IMG/VR virus record: IMGVR_UViG_3300020358_000016
Location: 1-30,550 of that record
Length of the DNA: 30,550 nucleotides
Reading direction: 5' to 3' (one strand)
Origin: a virus
Lineage: Duplodnaviria; Caudoviricetes
Shown: positions 29,871-30,550 of the stretch, one piece after another
How positions within the stretch are numbered: position 1 is the first letter of the stretch
Layout: each line of letters starts with the position of its first letter
Translations under genes and position numbers: made by a program
The notes under the pieces: model-generated
Told to the model about the DNA's origin: nothing
The model's database searches: none
What the model saw: the letters and a program-made list of their open reading frames with translations, nothing else

Positions 29871-30550
29871 GTGACCAAAAATTGGCAACATTTATATTTC
29901 TTCGATAAACATGGGAAGAATTACAATATGGCATATGACAGTTCTACTGACAAGTGGACTGGTGACATTTTCTTGCCACAAGTTTCTATTGATTTATTTG
30001 AAGTAAACCAAATATTCATTTTGCAAAAAATGATAGATAAGACCAGCGGTACTTTTATGTTTGGGTATCCACATGGTTATAGCCAACCTGATCCTACAGG
30101 TAGTACTTGTGATTGGGATATAAGTTGGGAAACTACACAGCCTAATGAAATATTTTTATTTCAATTTAATAAAGATTTTAATACCGGTACACAATCAGCA
30201 TTAGTTCAAGAACCTGATGGACCACCAATGATAAAGGTTGATAAATTAATTGCTCCTTTACAATATGATCCTGATCAAACTACAAATGCTGCAGGATTTA
30301 TTATAACAGATCAAATTAAATCGGAGGCTTTACAGGTTGATATAACATTCTCTTCTGGTTTGGAAAATACTTATAGAAGAAAATTAATCATAACTGATAA
30401 ATGTTCTAATACTATTGTAGGTGAATTCATGGTGTATGCTGAAAGTATTGAAGAAGATGAAAGACTAAGAGTTATGACTCAAAACATGGGTTATAATGTT
30501 ATTGCATCTGATAGTACTGTTTTTAGACAAACTAATATAAAAGAAGCATT
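29871..30550 (+). CDS. 3'-truncated structural protein, possibly gp7-like baseplate wedge (not in ORF track)
   Basis: GTG at 29871 opens a stop-free frame to the window end (MTKNWQHLYFFDKHGKNYNM...EEDERLRVMTQNMG...TNIKEA). The gp7 call rests on position only. Confidence 0.7.
   Translation, partial: MTKNWQHLYFFDKHGKNYNMAYDSSTDKWTGDIFLPQVSIDLFEVNQIFILQKMIDKTSGTFMFGYPHGYSQPDPTGSTCDWDISWETTQPNEIFLFQFNKDFNTGTQSALVQEPDGPPMIKVDKLIAPLQYDPDQTTNAAGFIITDQIKSEALQVDITFSSGLENTYRRKLIITDKCSNTIVGEFMVYAESIEEDERLRVMTQNMGYNVIASDSTVFRQTNIKEA

Noticed and set aside
16954-30550. Bacterial T6SS/eCIS locus rather than a phage
   Set aside because: A neck protein, phage-type ligase, dCMP deaminase, capsid-targeting-like leaders and late-promoter motifs are present, with no T6SS membrane complex or host housekeeping operons.

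Overview
This is an AT-rich, densely coding segment of a large T4-like (contractile-tailed, probably jumbo) bacteriophage in the standard genetic code. The host is most likely a Bacteroidota/Flavobacteriia bacterium. Evidence for that host: a secreted protein with a Q-rule signal peptide and a T9SS-type C-terminal domain, a Bacteroidota-style tRNA-Gln, and A-rich leaders that mostly lack Shine-Dalgarno sites. The left third holds accessory and metabolic genes: an SLT/lysozyme-like enzyme, the T9SS-cargo-like protein, a minus-strand cluster of small proteins with capsid-targeting-like N-termini, DnaJ/CbpA, a DUF6445-like oxygenase, tRNA-Gln(UUG), ATP-dependent DNA ligase, a HAD phosphatase and dCMP deaminase. 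The middle encodes a 1724-aa collagen-like fibre and five unknown genes. The right half is a baseplate/neck module (gp48/54-, gp53-, gp27-, gp5-, gp13-, gp25-, gp6-, gp7-like), interrupted by a four-domain ribosomal protein S1 homologue and an orphan COOH-NH2 ligase (amidoligase). Two recurring promoter-like motifs were read from intergenic DNA: RATAWATAA and AAACAA-N15/16-TATAA. One RATAWATAA copy sits in the loop of a hairpin that covers the amidoligase translation start, as in T4 late-gene translational control. A well-formed H-type pseudoknot precedes the T9SS-cargo gene. All family calls come from motif recognition by eye; no searches were run.
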